From contig OZ244595.1 in NCBI GenBank assembly GCA_965218235.1, positions 96,108 to 160,107 of the forward strand: 64,000 bases of DNA, read 5' to 3'. Source of the stretch: Thermomicrobiales bacterium. GTDB taxonomy: Bacteria; Chloroflexota; Chloroflexia; Thermomicrobiales; UBA6265. The notes under the pieces are model-generated. The model was not told where the DNA came from, made no database searches, and saw only the letters and a list, made by a program, of their open reading frames with translations. The position numbers and the translations under genes were made by a program. Shown here one piece after another: positions 27,508-37,323 of this stretch (within the stretch, counting starts at the first letter, position 1; each line of letters opens with the position of its first letter).

Positions 27508-28485
27508 ATGGATCCGTTCGCCCGCGTCCCGGTCGGCTCGGCCGGTCTTCAGATCACGCAACTGGGACTTGGTGCCGCCGCGCTCGGTGGCGATTTCGCG
27601 ACCGACGCCGACGCCGAGGCGACCGTCCGGACTGCCTGGGATGCCGGTATCCGCTACTTCGATGTCGCACCGATGTACGGAAATGGCGCCGCCGAACTCC
27701 GGCTGGGTCGGGCGCTGGCTGCTTACCCGCGGGATGAGTACGTGCTACCCAGCAAGGTCGGCCGGCTCATCCCCGGCCACGAGGACGGCGATGGCGTCGG
27801 GGACCGCTGGGCCTACGACTTCAGCGCCGACGGTGTCAGGCGCTCGTTCGCGGCCAGCCTAACCCGGCTCGGCGTCGACCGGATCGACATCCTGCTCATC
27901 CATGATCCGGACGACTCCTACGATGCGGCGCTGAGCGAGGCCTACCCGGCCCTCGCCGATCTGCGCGGTCAAGGCATCGTCGGCGCGATCGGGTTCGGCA
28001 TGACCCAGATCCCGCTGCCGGTCCGCTTCGTCCGCGAGACCGACATGGACGTCCTGCTGCTGGCTGGCCGCTACACGCTGCTCGACACCGAGGGCGCCGA
28101 CGAGTTGTTGCCGCTCTGTGTCGAACGCGGTGTCTCCGTTCTGAATGCCCAGTCGCTCCACGGTGGGCTGATCGAGGCGCAACCCAACCCGCGGTTTCAC
28201 TACCAGCCCGTCGACCCGGCGACGGCGGCGAAGGTCGATACCATTCGAGAGATTTGCGACCGCTACGGGGTCCCGACGGCGGCGATCGCGATCCAGTTCC
28301 CGCTTGCCCACCCCGCCGTCGCCGCCATCCTGACCGGCCCATCGACTGGCGACCAGATGGCCGGCAACATCGCCTGGGCGGGGATGGAAATCGCGGACGC
28401 TCTCTGGTCCGATCTCCGGGAGGCGGGGCTCCTGGCCATCGATATCCCGACGCCGACGCTTCCTCCTGGAAAGGGCTCCCCATGA
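27508..28485 (+). CDS. aldo/keto reductase
   Basis: GLGAAALGG, IRYFDVAPMYG and IDILLIHDPD are present. AGGAG lies upstream of the ATG. Confidence 0.88.
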   Translation: MDPFARVPVGSAGLQITQLGLGAAALGGDFATDADAEATVRTAWDAGIRYFDVAPMYGNGAAELRLGRALAAYPRDEYVLPSKVGRLIPGHEDGDGVGDRWAYDFSADGVRRSFAASLTRLGVDRIDILLIHDPDDSYDAALSEAYPALADLRGQGIVGAIGFGMTQIPLPVRFVRETDMDVLLLAGRYTLLDTEGADELLPLCVERGVSVLNAQSLHGGLIEAQPNPRFHYQPVDPATAAKVDTIREICDRYGVPTAAIAIQFPLAHPAVAAILTGPSTGDQMAGNIAWAGMEIADALWSDLREAGLLAIDIPTPTLPPGKGSP

Positions 28486-29168
28486 CCGCGATCATCCTGA
28501 CCGGCAGCGACCGCTACGCCAGCCGATGGCACGACCACGCCGCCAACGCCCAGCGGATCGCTGAGATCCTCGGGGCAGTGAGTATCGACGCCCACCTACG
28601 CGCCACGCACCCCCGCACGTTCCGCGAACTTGACCGGATCGACCTCCTGATCGTCGAGGCTGGCCGCGGCGCCGCCAGCCCGGACGACGCGACGGACGAT
28701 GAGTGGGCGGTCGCCCATGCGCAGCTGGCCGAATACGTCAGCCGGGGCGGGGCGCTGCTCGTGATGCACAACGCGATCGCCGCCTTCAGCGACCTGCCGG
28801 CCTGGTCCAACTGGGTCGGTGGCTCCTGGGTCGAGGGGATCTCGATGCACCCGCCGATCGCCGACAACACGATCGCCCCGCGCGAGACCGACCACCCGAT
28901 CGTCGACGGGCTCGGCCCGATCACCGTCCACGACGAGCTCTACAGCCACCTCGGGCGGGCCGACGACAACGTCGTCCTCGCCCACCACCGCTATGACGAC
29001 CAGAAGCAGCCGCTCGTCTGGACCCGCGAGACCGAGACCGGGCGGGTCGTCGTCGACACCCTCGGCCACGATGTCCGCTCCTACGACAGCGAGAGCCGCA
29101 ACCGGCTCCTCCAGCGGGAGGCGCTCTGGGCCATCGACTTCGACCCGGTGGTGATCCGAGGCACCTGA
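28482..29168 (+). CDS. ThuA domain-containing protein
   Basis: The ATGA overlaps the AKR stop. GGALLVMHNA, HPIVDGL, VHDELY, PLVWTRE and LGHD match the ThuA pattern. Confidence 0.75.
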   Translation: MTAIILTGSDRYASRWHDHAANAQRIAEILGAVSIDAHLRATHPRTFRELDRIDLLIVEAGRGAASPDDATDDEWAVAHAQLAEYVSRGGALLVMHNAIAAFSDLPAWSNWVGGSWVEGISMHPPIADNTIAPRETDHPIVDGLGPITVHDELYSHLGRADDNVVLAHHRYDDQKQPLVWTRETETGRVVVDTLGHDVRSYDSESRNRLLQREALWAIDFDPVVIRGT

Positions 29169-29252
29169 GCATGTGACCCGATCTGTCGTCGATCTCCTGT
29201 CGCTTTCAGCGTAGCGAGCCCTCAAGACCGACCCCAACCAGGAGTTGCCCGG

Positions 29253-29792
29253 ATGCCAGCTATCCTCTCCTCAACGATCGGATGGACGCGGTCGCGCGTT
29301 CTGATCCTTCTTGCGGTCGCGGCGATGGTCCTTGCCGGGCTTGGTTCCCCGGCGCTCGGGGCGCAACCCGACTCCACTCCGGTTCCTGGCGGCGTCGTCC
29401 GGGAAGTGCTCTCGTCGGGCGACCCGGCCAGCGCCCCGGGCGATGTCCTGGAACTCGTCCGGTACACCATCCCGGCCGGCACCAGACTCCCAGCCCATAC
29501 CCATCCCGGAATGCAGGTCGCCCAGATCGTCTCCGGCACCCTCTCCTACACCGTCCTCGAAGGGACGGTCCCGGTCACCCGGGCCGCCAGCGGGATGGTC
29601 GAGTCGGTGACGGCGGGAAGCGGCGAGGTCGAAATCAACCCGGGCGACTCGTTCTACGAGGCCGAGGGGGTCATCCACTTCGGCCAGAACGCTGGAACCG
29701 AGCCGGTGGTAATCCTGGTCGCCTCGCTCTTCGAGATCGGGATGCCGCCCGCCCACCTTGTCGGAACGCCCGTCGCGACGCCGGCCGCTTAG
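29253..29792 (+). CDS. secreted cupin domain protein
   Basis: A signal-like N-terminus (LILLAVAAMVLAGLG) is followed by the cupin motifs PAHTHPG...HFGQN. Confidence 0.75.
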   Translation: MPAILSSTIGWTRSRVLILLAVAAMVLAGLGSPALGAQPDSTPVPGGVVREVLSSGDPASAPGDVLELVRYTIPAGTRLPAHTHPGMQVAQIVSGTLSYTVLEGTVPVTRAASGMVESVTAGSGEVEINPGDSFYEAEGVIHFGQNAGTEPVVILVASLFEIGMPPAHLVGTPVATPAA

Positions 29793-30018
29793 CGATCGTC
29801 GTCGCGCGCGGAGCCCATCTCGCGGGGGAGTGAGCTACCGCGTCGCTGGCCCGATCCGGCCGCCGAGCCGGTCTCGATGAACAACCGGTCACCAAATTTT
29901 CAGCGCCTCACGGTGCGGCGGACCAGCCAGCGAAGCGGGACGCGAGAGCGCGAGCCATGTCCCTGTGACCAACCGCACACGCAACGCCCGCGAAGTCGGA
30001 CGCTGGCGTCTTCCCGCG

Positions 30019-31002
30019 TCATACACCGTCCCTCCCTGCGGCATCACGGAGGACCTCGATCGCCGGGGCGAACGCCTCCATGTCGTCCGACGAGACGACG
30101 GCGTAGCTGAACCCGAGCGCCTCCCGCCAGCGGACCATCCGACCGGCGATCTCGTCCGGCGTCCCGATCGCGACAGCCGGCATCCGGTCGACATCGTCCG
30201 GTGTGATGTTGCGCCATCCGCGGTCCGCGATCACTCGCTCGGTCTCCCCGGCCCGATCGCCGGTGACGGCCAGCGACAGCACCGTACTGAGTTCGAGCGA
30301 CTCGAACCGGTCGCCGGCCCCCTCCCGGACCCATCCGACCTGCCGGGCGACGTGGTCCTCCCGCCGGAGCAGCGGGTCGTCCTCGACGACGCCGCTTGCG
30401 ACCGACGTCGTCAGGAAGCCGACGATGTCCGCGTGCCGCCCGGCGATCCGGAGCATCCGCGGGTGCCCGGCGCCGACCAGAAGCGGCGGCCGGGGCGACT
30501 GGACCGGCCGGGGGAACAGCTCGTGGTCGGTTATCCGATAGTGCTCCCCGCTGAACGAGAACGCGCCCCCGGCGAAGAGCCCCGTCAGGACCCGGAGGCT
30601 CTCCTCCAGCCGCGACACCCGGACCCCGTTCGCGTCGAACGTCAACCCGGCCTGCTCGTACTCGTTCCGAAGCCAGCCGGCGCCGATGCCGAGCTCCAGC
30701 CGTCCGCCGGACAGCAGATCAAGCGTCGCCGCCTCTTTGGCGAGGATCGCCGGGTGGCGGTAGTCGTTGCCGAAGACCAGCGTCCCGATCCGGAGCCGCG
30801 TCGTCACGGCCGCCACAGTCGCCAGCGCCGCGATCGGGCCGAGCTGAACGCCGAAGAAGTCCGGGGCGATGTGATCCCGGATCAGCAGCGTGTGAAAGCC
30901 GAGCGATTCGGCCCGCTGCGCCAACTCGACCAGCTCCGCCCCGTCTCGGACGCGCTCCACGATCACGCCGAACCGGAACGGCCGCGTCAATCGTCTTCCC
31001 AT
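30019..31002 (-). CDS. LLM-class F420-dependent oxidoreductase
   Basis: The luciferase-like pattern LSGGRLELGIGAGW is present. Length is 327 aa. Confidence 0.8.
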   Translation of the reverse strand: MGRRLTRPFRFGVIVERVRDGAELVELAQRAESLGFHTLLIRDHIAPDFFGVQLGPIAALATVAAVTTRLRIGTLVFGNDYRHPAILAKEAATLDLLSGGRLELGIGAGWLRNEYEQAGLTFDANGVRVSRLEESLRVLTGLFAGGAFSFSGEHYRITDHELFPRPVQSPRPPLLVGAGHPRMLRIAGRHADIVGFLTTSVASGVVEDDPLLRREDHVARQVGWVREGAGDRFESLELSTVLSLAVTGDRAGETERVIADRGWRNITPDDVDRMPAVAIGTPDEIAGRMVRWREALGFSYAVVSSDDMEAFAPAIEVLRDAAGRDGV

Positions 31003-31146
31003 GATGATTCCCCGCGCTTGCTATCGTAGGCTCCCTGAACCGCGACCACAGTAGCGGGGCATTGTCGGCACGTCTCGCGGAATTCGGACCTGCAATCCAG
31101 CCCGGGACCGGACCAACGACATCGAACCAAAGGAGGCTTCTCAGAC

Positions 31147-31935
31147 ATGAAGATCTACGCGCACCGTGGCGCCTCGGCCGAGTTCCCCGAGAACACCATC
31201 GCCGCCTTCCAGCGGGCGATCGACCTGCGGGCCGACGGGATCGAGCTCGACGTCCACCTCTCGTCCGACGGCGTCCCGGTCGTGATCCACGACGAGATTG
31301 TCGACCGGACGACCAACACGACCGGCGCCGTCAACAGCATGACGGCCGAACGGCTCGGCCAGCTCGACGCCGGCCGGGGCTTCGGCGTCCCGACCCTTGC
31401 CGCGGTCCTGGACCTGATCAGCACACATCTCCACGTCAACATCGAGATCAAGAGCAACCAGGCCGGCCAGGCCGTGATCGACGAGGTCGGCCGGCGACCG
31501 AAGCTGCGCTGGGCGATCTCGTCCTTCAACTGGGACGTCCTCCGCTTCATCAAGGGCGAACTGCCGGAGGCTGACCTCTGGCCGCTGACGTACGGCCCTC
31601 GGGAGAGCATTGCCGCGACGATCGACTACGTCTCCGGCAAGGAGGATGTCTACCCCGGTGCCAGGCGCTGGGCTGAGTCGCTCCGGACGACCGGCAACAT
31701 CCTCGAGGCCGCCCTCGACCTCGGCCGTGACCTCGGCTCGACGACGCTATCGGTCGGCCAGTACGGGTTGAATGAGGACGCGATCCGGCTGGTCCACGAC
31801 CACGGGTTCGCCGCCTGGGTCTGGACGGTCGACGACCCGGAGCGAGCCGGCGAGTTGGCGAGATGGGGCGTGGACAGCCTCTGCACCGACGAGCCGGCGA
31901 TGATGCTGCGGGCCGATCTCTCCGCCGCCGGGTAA
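31147..31935 (+). CDS. glycerophosphodiester phosphodiesterase family protein
   Basis: MKIYAHRGASAEFPENT and IELDVHLSSDGVPVVIHD are present. Confidence 0.88.
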   Translation: MKIYAHRGASAEFPENTIAAFQRAIDLRADGIELDVHLSSDGVPVVIHDEIVDRTTNTTGAVNSMTAERLGQLDAGRGFGVPTLAAVLDLISTHLHVNIEIKSNQAGQAVIDEVGRRPKLRWAISSFNWDVLRFIKGELPEADLWPLTYGPRESIAATIDYVSGKEDVYPGARRWAESLRTTGNILEAALDLGRDLGSTTLSVGQYGLNEDAIRLVHDHGFAAWVWTVDDPERAGELARWGVDSLCTDEPAMMLRADLSAAG

Positions 31936-31969
31936 CACCGTCGGGCCGGTGCTGGTGACCGGCCCGAAA

Positions 31970-33004
31970 TCAGACCGAAGCCAGCCCGACCATGCTCGAT
32001 ACCGGCTGGGCCGCCCCGCCGGCCTCCAGCGATTGCGCGACCGCCAGCGCGACCCGCAGCGCCTGGGCGGCGGCTGCCGGTGTCGCCCGATCGGCCGGGC
32101 GGCCACTCGTGACGCAGTCGACGAAGTAGTCGATCTCGGCCTCATAGGCATTCGCGATCGGGACGGACAGCTGGCTGGCCGGGCCGTCGTTGGGGAACAG
32201 CCAGAGATCGTTGCGACCCGGCCCACCGTCGATGTCCGGCCCCTCGCCCCGGAACCGGTACTCGGCGGCGCCGCCCGAGCCGAGCAGGTGGAGTTCGGAG
32301 CTGAACGGGTATGAGTCCGGCATCATCATCCCGCCATCGACGACCGCCGATCGACCGCCGGCGTAGTCGAGCAGGACCTGGACCTGGTCCCAGCCCCCCG
32401 AGCGCGGGTTCCGGTGGCCCCGTGCCGTCACCTGCTCCGGGAGCCCGAGCAGCCAGTTCAGGGCGTCGAAGTCATGGACCATCATGTCCACGACCGCCCC
32501 GCCGGTCAGTTCGCTGTTGTTGAGCAGTGTCGTCCACCGCGGGAAGGACTGCCGCCGGACAGCCATCGCCGACCTGAGCTCGCCGAGCTGTCCGGACTCG
32601 GCCAGGTTGGCGATGGCGACGTACTCCGGCCAGAAGCGAAGGACATGGCCGAGCATGAACACCCGGTCCGTCGTCGCGGCGCGCGCGACGAGGGCCGCGG
32701 CGTCCTCCTCGGTCAGGGCGATCGGCTTCTCCAGGAGGACGTGCTTGCCGGCGTCGAGGGCGACCTCGGTCGCGAAGCGGTGGTCGGGTGTGGGCAGGCA
32801 GATGCTGACCGCATCGATGGCCGGGTCGGTGACGGCCCGGGCGAGGTCGTCGGTCCAGCTGGCCCCGACCTCGTCGGCCAGCGGCCCGGCCCGGCGGTCG
32901 CTGTGGGCGTAGATCGTTGCGACGGAGACGTCGGTGCGGGCGTGGAAGGCGCGGGCGTGGGTGCTGCCCATAAAACCAGCACCCAGAATTGCGACGCGGA
33001 GCAT
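31970..33004 (-). CDS. Gfo/Idh/MocA family oxidoreductase
   Basis: The start MLRVAILGAGFMGSTH is a Rossmann motif, and EKP is present. The start was placed from the track frame (codon 30 of ORF 31970..33091). Confidence 0.85.
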   Translation of the reverse strand: MLRVAILGAGFMGSTHARAFHARTDVSVATIYAHSDRRAGPLADEVGASWTDDLARAVTDPAIDAVSICLPTPDHRFATEVALDAGKHVLLEKPIALTEEDAAALVARAATTDRVFMLGHVLRFWPEYVAIANLAESGQLGELRSAMAVRRQSFPRWTTLLNNSELTGGAVVDMMVHDFDALNWLLGLPEQVTARGHRNPRSGGWDQVQVLLDYAGGRSAVVDGGMMMPDSYPFSSELHLLGSGGAAEYRFRGEGPDIDGGPGRNDLWLFPNDGPASQLSVPIANAYEAEIDYFVDCVTSGRPADRATPAAAAQALRVALAVAQSLEAGGAAQPVSSMVGLASV

Positions 33005-33312
33005 GACGAGACCTCCATGGTTCCGTGGTCTTCCCGCCCCATCGCGGAAACCCCATCGGTGATGATAGCGACTGCACGGGACTGGGCGCAAATCCCGACC
33101 GGCCCACGCCGGATCGATCCCGCGGTCACCATGCTGACCCGGAGCGCCGAAGGGGAGATGTTGTCGGTGTCACCGTATTGTGGCGATGGGTCGCGCCGGG
33201 TACGGTAGCGTTCGCTCAACGCTCGATGGACGGGGGTGATCGATCGGGCCCTCCCACCAGAGGGCCGCTCGAAGTCGACGTGACCCACCATCTCAAACAG
33301 GGAGATCAACTC

Positions 33313-34557
33313 TTGGCCACGACACTGCTGCGGAACGGAACCGTGATCGATGGCACCGGCGCCGACCCGATCGACGATGGCGGCGTGCTGCTCCGTGACG
33401 GACGGATTGCCTCGGTCGGTCGGCTGGCCGACCTGTCCGTGCCGGACGGCACCGAAGCGATCGATGTCCGGGGCGGATACATCATGCCCGGCCTGATCGA
33501 TACCCATGTCCACATGATGGTCGAGGGGATGGACACCAACGCCCATCTGACCCGGCCCTTCTCCTACAACTTCTACCGGGCGATCGGCTTCCTCCGGAAC
33601 ACGTTGGAGTGCGGGATCACCTCCGTCCGCGACGCCGGCGGTACCGACGTCGGCGTCAAGCAGGCGGTCGAGGACGGCATCATCGCCGGACCACGGATGC
33701 AGGTCAGCACCGGCGTGATCGGCATCACCGGCGGTCACGGCGACAGCTGGCACCTGTCCGGGATCACCGTCCCGCTCTGGCCCGAGTACCCTGGGATGCC
33801 GGACGGGATCGCCGACGGTGTCGAGGGCGTCCGGAAGAAGGTCCGCGAGGTCCTTCGGGCCGGAGCCGAGGTCGTCAAGGTCTGCTCGACGGGCGGCGTC
33901 CTGAGCCCGACCGACCACCCCGAGTTCACCCAGTTCACGATCGAGGAGCTCAAGGTCATCGTCCAGGAGGCGCGGTTCCGGCGTGGGCTTCGGGTCATGG
34001 CCCACGCCCAGGGGTCCGAGGGGATCAAGAACGCGATTCGGGCCGGGATCCACTCGATCGAGCACGCCATGTTCGTCGACGACGAGGTGATCGAGCTCGC
34101 CCTCGCCAACGGAACGTTCTTCGTCCCGACCCTGCTCGCGCCGCTGGCGGTAATCGAGCAGGCCGCCGCGACCGGGGCGATGCCGGAGTACGGGCTGCGC
34201 AAGGCCCGTGAGACGATCGACGTCCACCGCGAGAGCATCGCCAGGGCGTACAGGGCGGGCGTCCGGATCGCGATGGGGACCGACGCCGGCGTGATGCCGC
34301 ACGGCACCAACCTCCGCGAGCTTGGCCTGATGGCCGACGTCGGCATGAGGCCGATGGATGTCATCGTCGCGACGACGAAGGTCGCGGCCGAGTGCATGGG
34401 CTGGGAAGACCGGGTCGGGACGCTCGAGGCTGGCAAGCTGGCCGACGTGACGGTCAGCTCGGTCGACCCGCTGTCCCGGATTCACGACCTGGCCGACGTG
34501 AACAATATCGCCCTCGTCCTCAAGGGCGGCGAGATCGCGATCGACCGCCGGGGGTAG
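33313..34557 (+). CDS. amidohydrolase family protein (imidazolonepropionase/prolidase-like)
   Basis: LLRNGTVIDGTG, PGLIDTHVHM, MAHAQG, HSIEH and GTDAG are present. I prefer the TTG at 33313 (GGAGA 7 nt upstream); the track start 33025 lies in the divergent region. Confidence 0.8.
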   Translation: MATTLLRNGTVIDGTGADPIDDGGVLLRDGRIASVGRLADLSVPDGTEAIDVRGGYIMPGLIDTHVHMMVEGMDTNAHLTRPFSYNFYRAIGFLRNTLECGITSVRDAGGTDVGVKQAVEDGIIAGPRMQVSTGVIGITGGHGDSWHLSGITVPLWPEYPGMPDGIADGVEGVRKKVREVLRAGAEVVKVCSTGGVLSPTDHPEFTQFTIEELKVIVQEARFRRGLRVMAHAQGSEGIKNAIRAGIHSIEHAMFVDDEVIELALANGTFFVPTLLAPLAVIEQAAATGAMPEYGLRKARETIDVHRESIARAYRAGVRIAMGTDAGVMPHGTNLRELGLMADVGMRPMDVIVATTKVAAECMGWEDRVGTLEAGKLADVTVSSVDPLSRIHDLADVNNIALVLKGGEIAIDRRG

Positions 34558-34635
34558 CCTTCGGCGCCAACATCAAGTCCTGAAAGCGGCGCTCGGGTCC
34601 TTCGGGATCTGATCGCCGCCGACGGCAACGGCATC

Positions 34636-34663
34636 TTGACTCCATATTGAGTTCCTTTATAGT
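34636..34663 (+). promoter_or_regulatory. sigma70-like promoter candidate for the XRE-family gene
   Basis: -35 TTGACT (34636-34641), a 16-nt spacer, then -10 TATAGT (34658-34663), in an AT-rich patch 53 nt upstream of the ATG. Confidence 0.5.
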
Positions 34664-34715
34664 GGTGATCATTCCCCTATGATGTGGTCGGGCGAACGTT
34701 GAAGGACGTATCTGT

Positions 34716-35597
34716 ATGAGTGACGACTTCAATGTCGAGGCGCTCGGCCAACGGATCAGGTCACTGCGGACAGACACCGGTTTGACGATCGACGCCCTGT
34801 CTCGCCGGGCCGGGGTCAGCCGCAGCATGGTCGCGGCGGTCGAGGGCGGCGAGAAGGCGCCGACCGTCCTGACGTTGCACCGGATCGCGAACGGGTTGGC
34901 AACCTCCATGTCCAGCCTGCTCGGCGAGGAGACGCACGGCGACGTCGTCCTGCTCCGGCAGGGCGAGCAGCGGGTGGTGCGTGATCTCTCCGGCTGGGAG
35001 CGGCGCAGCCTGTCCCCGGCGCTGCCAGGTTCGGCCTTCGAGTTCATCCGAACGACGATCCCGCCCGGCATCGACACCGGCGTCTTCCCGCCCCACGCCA
35101 CCGGAACGCGGGAGATCGTCGCGGTTGAGGCCGGGTCGCTCCGCCTGACGATCGACGGGACTCCGTGGCTACTCACGGCCAGCGACAGCATCGCCTACAG
35201 GGGAGACGTCCTCCACCGCTTCGCCAACCCCGGCGATGTCGAGTGCGTCTACTACCCCGCCCTCCATCTGGTCGAGTCGCCGCGACACGTGCAGTCCCAG
35301 GAGACGGAGACGGGCCGGGAGCGAATCGCCGAGAACGATCCGCTCTGGGAACAGGCCGTCGAGGCGATTCGTGGCCAGCACTGGATCACCGCCCGGTTCC
35401 TGCGGGACCGCCTCGCGATCGACGAATCCCGCGCAACCGGGCTCATCTCGCAACTCGAACGAGCCCGGCTCGTGACTCCCGGCGACATCCCGGCGCACCT
35501 GACGATGTCGACCGCATATCCCCCGCTGGCGACGATCGGCGGACACGTCGATCCGCAAGCCAATATCAACCAGTACGGCACGGACGGGGACGCGTAG
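34716..35597 (+). CDS. XRE-family HTH + cupin regulator with C-terminal FtsK-gamma-like winged-helix extension
   Basis: The N-terminal HTH_3 is LGQRIRSLRTDTGLTIDALSRRAGVSRSMVAAVEGG. The cupin is HATGTREIVAVEAG...HRFANPG. The C-terminus DPLWEQAVEAIRGQHWITARFLRDRLAIDESRATGLISQLERARLVTPG resembles the FtsK gamma domain. Confidence 0.8.
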   Translation: MSDDFNVEALGQRIRSLRTDTGLTIDALSRRAGVSRSMVAAVEGGEKAPTVLTLHRIANGLATSMSSLLGEETHGDVVLLRQGEQRVVRDLSGWERRSLSPALPGSAFEFIRTTIPPGIDTGVFPPHATGTREIVAVEAGSLRLTIDGTPWLLTASDSIAYRGDVLHRFANPGDVECVYYPALHLVESPRHVQSQETETGRERIAENDPLWEQAVEAIRGQHWITARFLRDRLAIDESRATGLISQLERARLVTPGDIPAHLTMSTAYPPLATIGGHVDPQANINQYGTDGDA

Positions 35598-35665
35598 GTC
35601 GTCCTCCTCGACACCGTCCGGACGACAGATGCCCGGATCGCCGACGCTGTGAGGAAACTGCCTGT

Positions 35666-36187
35666 ATGACCGGATCAGCCGACCCGAACCGAGAGCCTCC
35701 CGTCGTCCGCGTGGCCGTCGCGACGCCCGACCAGGCCGTGATGGTCTATCAGGTCCTGCGAGAGGCGTTCGCCGAGCAGGCGACCCTCGACCCACCGACC
35801 GGTGTGGCCAGCGAGACACTGGAAACGATCACGGCGGCAATCGAGAGCGGCCAGACGATCGTCGCGAGCCAGGGCGGGGTCGTCGTCGGCACGATCCGCT
35901 ACGACCTCCGCCCGGCCAGCCTCTATCTTGGCCGACTCGGGGTTCCGCCCGCCCGCCGCGGCAACGGGATCGGCGGGGCGTTGATCGAGTGGTGTCAGGA
36001 GATCCTGGCCCCGGCCGAGGGGCGAACGACGATCGACGTCGAGGTCCGAGCCGAGCTTCCGGCGAACATCCGCCTGTTCGAGGATCACGGCTTCGTCGAG
36101 ATCCGCCGCTACGCCCACCCCCGTCAGTCGGCCGCCGAGGTCCGGGTGCTGCGCTGGCGGGCCGTCGGCGTCACCGCTCGACGCTGA
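35666..36187 (+). CDS. GNAT family N-acetyltransferase
   Basis: The internal ATG has GAGGAA upstream. RRGNGIGGALIEW and FEDHGF are present. The upstream 167 codons of the track ORF overlap the XRE gene and were discarded. Confidence 0.8.
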   Translation: MTGSADPNREPPVVRVAVATPDQAVMVYQVLREAFAEQATLDPPTGVASETLETITAAIESGQTIVASQGGVVVGTIRYDLRPASLYLGRLGVPPARRGNGIGGALIEWCQEILAPAEGRTTIDVEVRAELPANIRLFEDHGFVEIRRYAHPRQSAAEVRVLRWRAVGVTARR

Positions 36188-36211
36188 ACAGGTGGCGGAC
36201 GGCATCCTCGT

Positions 36212-37123
36212 CTACCGCCGGGGCCGGGGTCCCTCTCCCGCAGCGGACCGAATCAGCACGCTGACCCAGGTCCGGTACGGCGCCCACCCAGACGTGATAC
36301 TGGCGACGTTGGCTGGATCGATCGGCGCGCTCAACCCATAGGCGACCGCGAGCGCCCCGACGAAACGGCCCTCGTTGGCGGGCGGGACGTCGACGGTCAT
36401 CGCACCACGGATCAGGATCAGCTCGGCCGAGAACGGCCCGACCCCGACCAGCCGCTGCAATGACGCCAGCCCCTCGTTCGCCGGCATTGCCCGCAGCCGG
36501 TCAGCATCGAGCGTCCCATCGGCCGCGGCGATGGCGAGACCGTGAAGCCACTCGGGTTTGCGGCCGCCAAGCCCGGAGACCGACGTCAGATCGGATGTCG
36601 CGAGGACGGACGGGGACGGGAACGCCGTGAGGTCGTGACCATCGTGGTGGACGACCACCCCGAACCGCCGGGCGATCTCCGCCTTGACCTTGGCCGCCTG
36701 GGCCATTTGAATGCGATGACTCGTGATCGCCCAGACGGCGGCCTCGAACGGCGACCAGAAGCCGGTCGGCCGGAAGCCGGGATTCGCGGCCTGAAGCTCA
36801 CCGATCACCGGGTCGCGCTGGCCGATCTCCGGGTAGCCGGTGCCGTCAAGGTCCAGCGACAGCAGCCGCGCGACCTGACGAGAGACCGCCTCGATCGAGG
36901 CGGTCGTGGTGACGCCGACGTCGACGGGACCGTCCCCCTCAGCCTGGCGGATGTCGACAGCGGCGACGTCTTCGGTTCCGTCAAGGACAAACGCGAGCCG
37001 CAGGACCGGCTCATTCGTCGCCGCGACCCCGGCGGGCGGGAACGCGTCGAGGAACGCCGTCGTCGCGGCGAGCCGATACGGCCCGCGGGGCTGGATGCTG
37101 AACCGTTCAGTCGCGGTTGCCAT
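36212..37123 (-). CDS. DNA-3-methyladenine glycosylase 2 family protein (HhH-GPD, AlkA-like)
   Basis: A helix-hairpin-helix LQRLVGVGPFSAELILIRG is followed by an Asp-containing loop. The start is MATATERF at 37123. Confidence 0.75.
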   Translation of the reverse strand: MATATERFSIQPRGPYRLAATTAFLDAFPPAGVAATNEPVLRLAFVLDGTEDVAAVDIRQAEGDGPVDVGVTTTASIEAVSRQVARLLSLDLDGTGYPEIGQRDPVIGELQAANPGFRPTGFWSPFEAAVWAITSHRIQMAQAAKVKAEIARRFGVVVHHDGHDLTAFPSPSVLATSDLTSVSGLGGRKPEWLHGLAIAAADGTLDADRLRAMPANEGLASLQRLVGVGPFSAELILIRGAMTVDVPPANEGRFVGALAVAYGLSAPIDPANVASITSGWAPYRTWVSVLIRSAAGEGPRPRR

Positions 37124-37323
37124 GACACAGGATCCCTTCGTCTGGCTGGCTCGCGGACACGCACGACCCCGAGCGGTGTGTGCTATGCAGAGACTGAGTA
37201 GCCGCAACGGCCACCATCTTGCGCGCCGGTCTCATTGTGTCCGTTCAGATGGACGGAATGCGACCTCTCTGCATGAGGTCGCGCAGTTGGTGTGCAACAC
37301 ACCGGATCAGGAGCAACAACACC

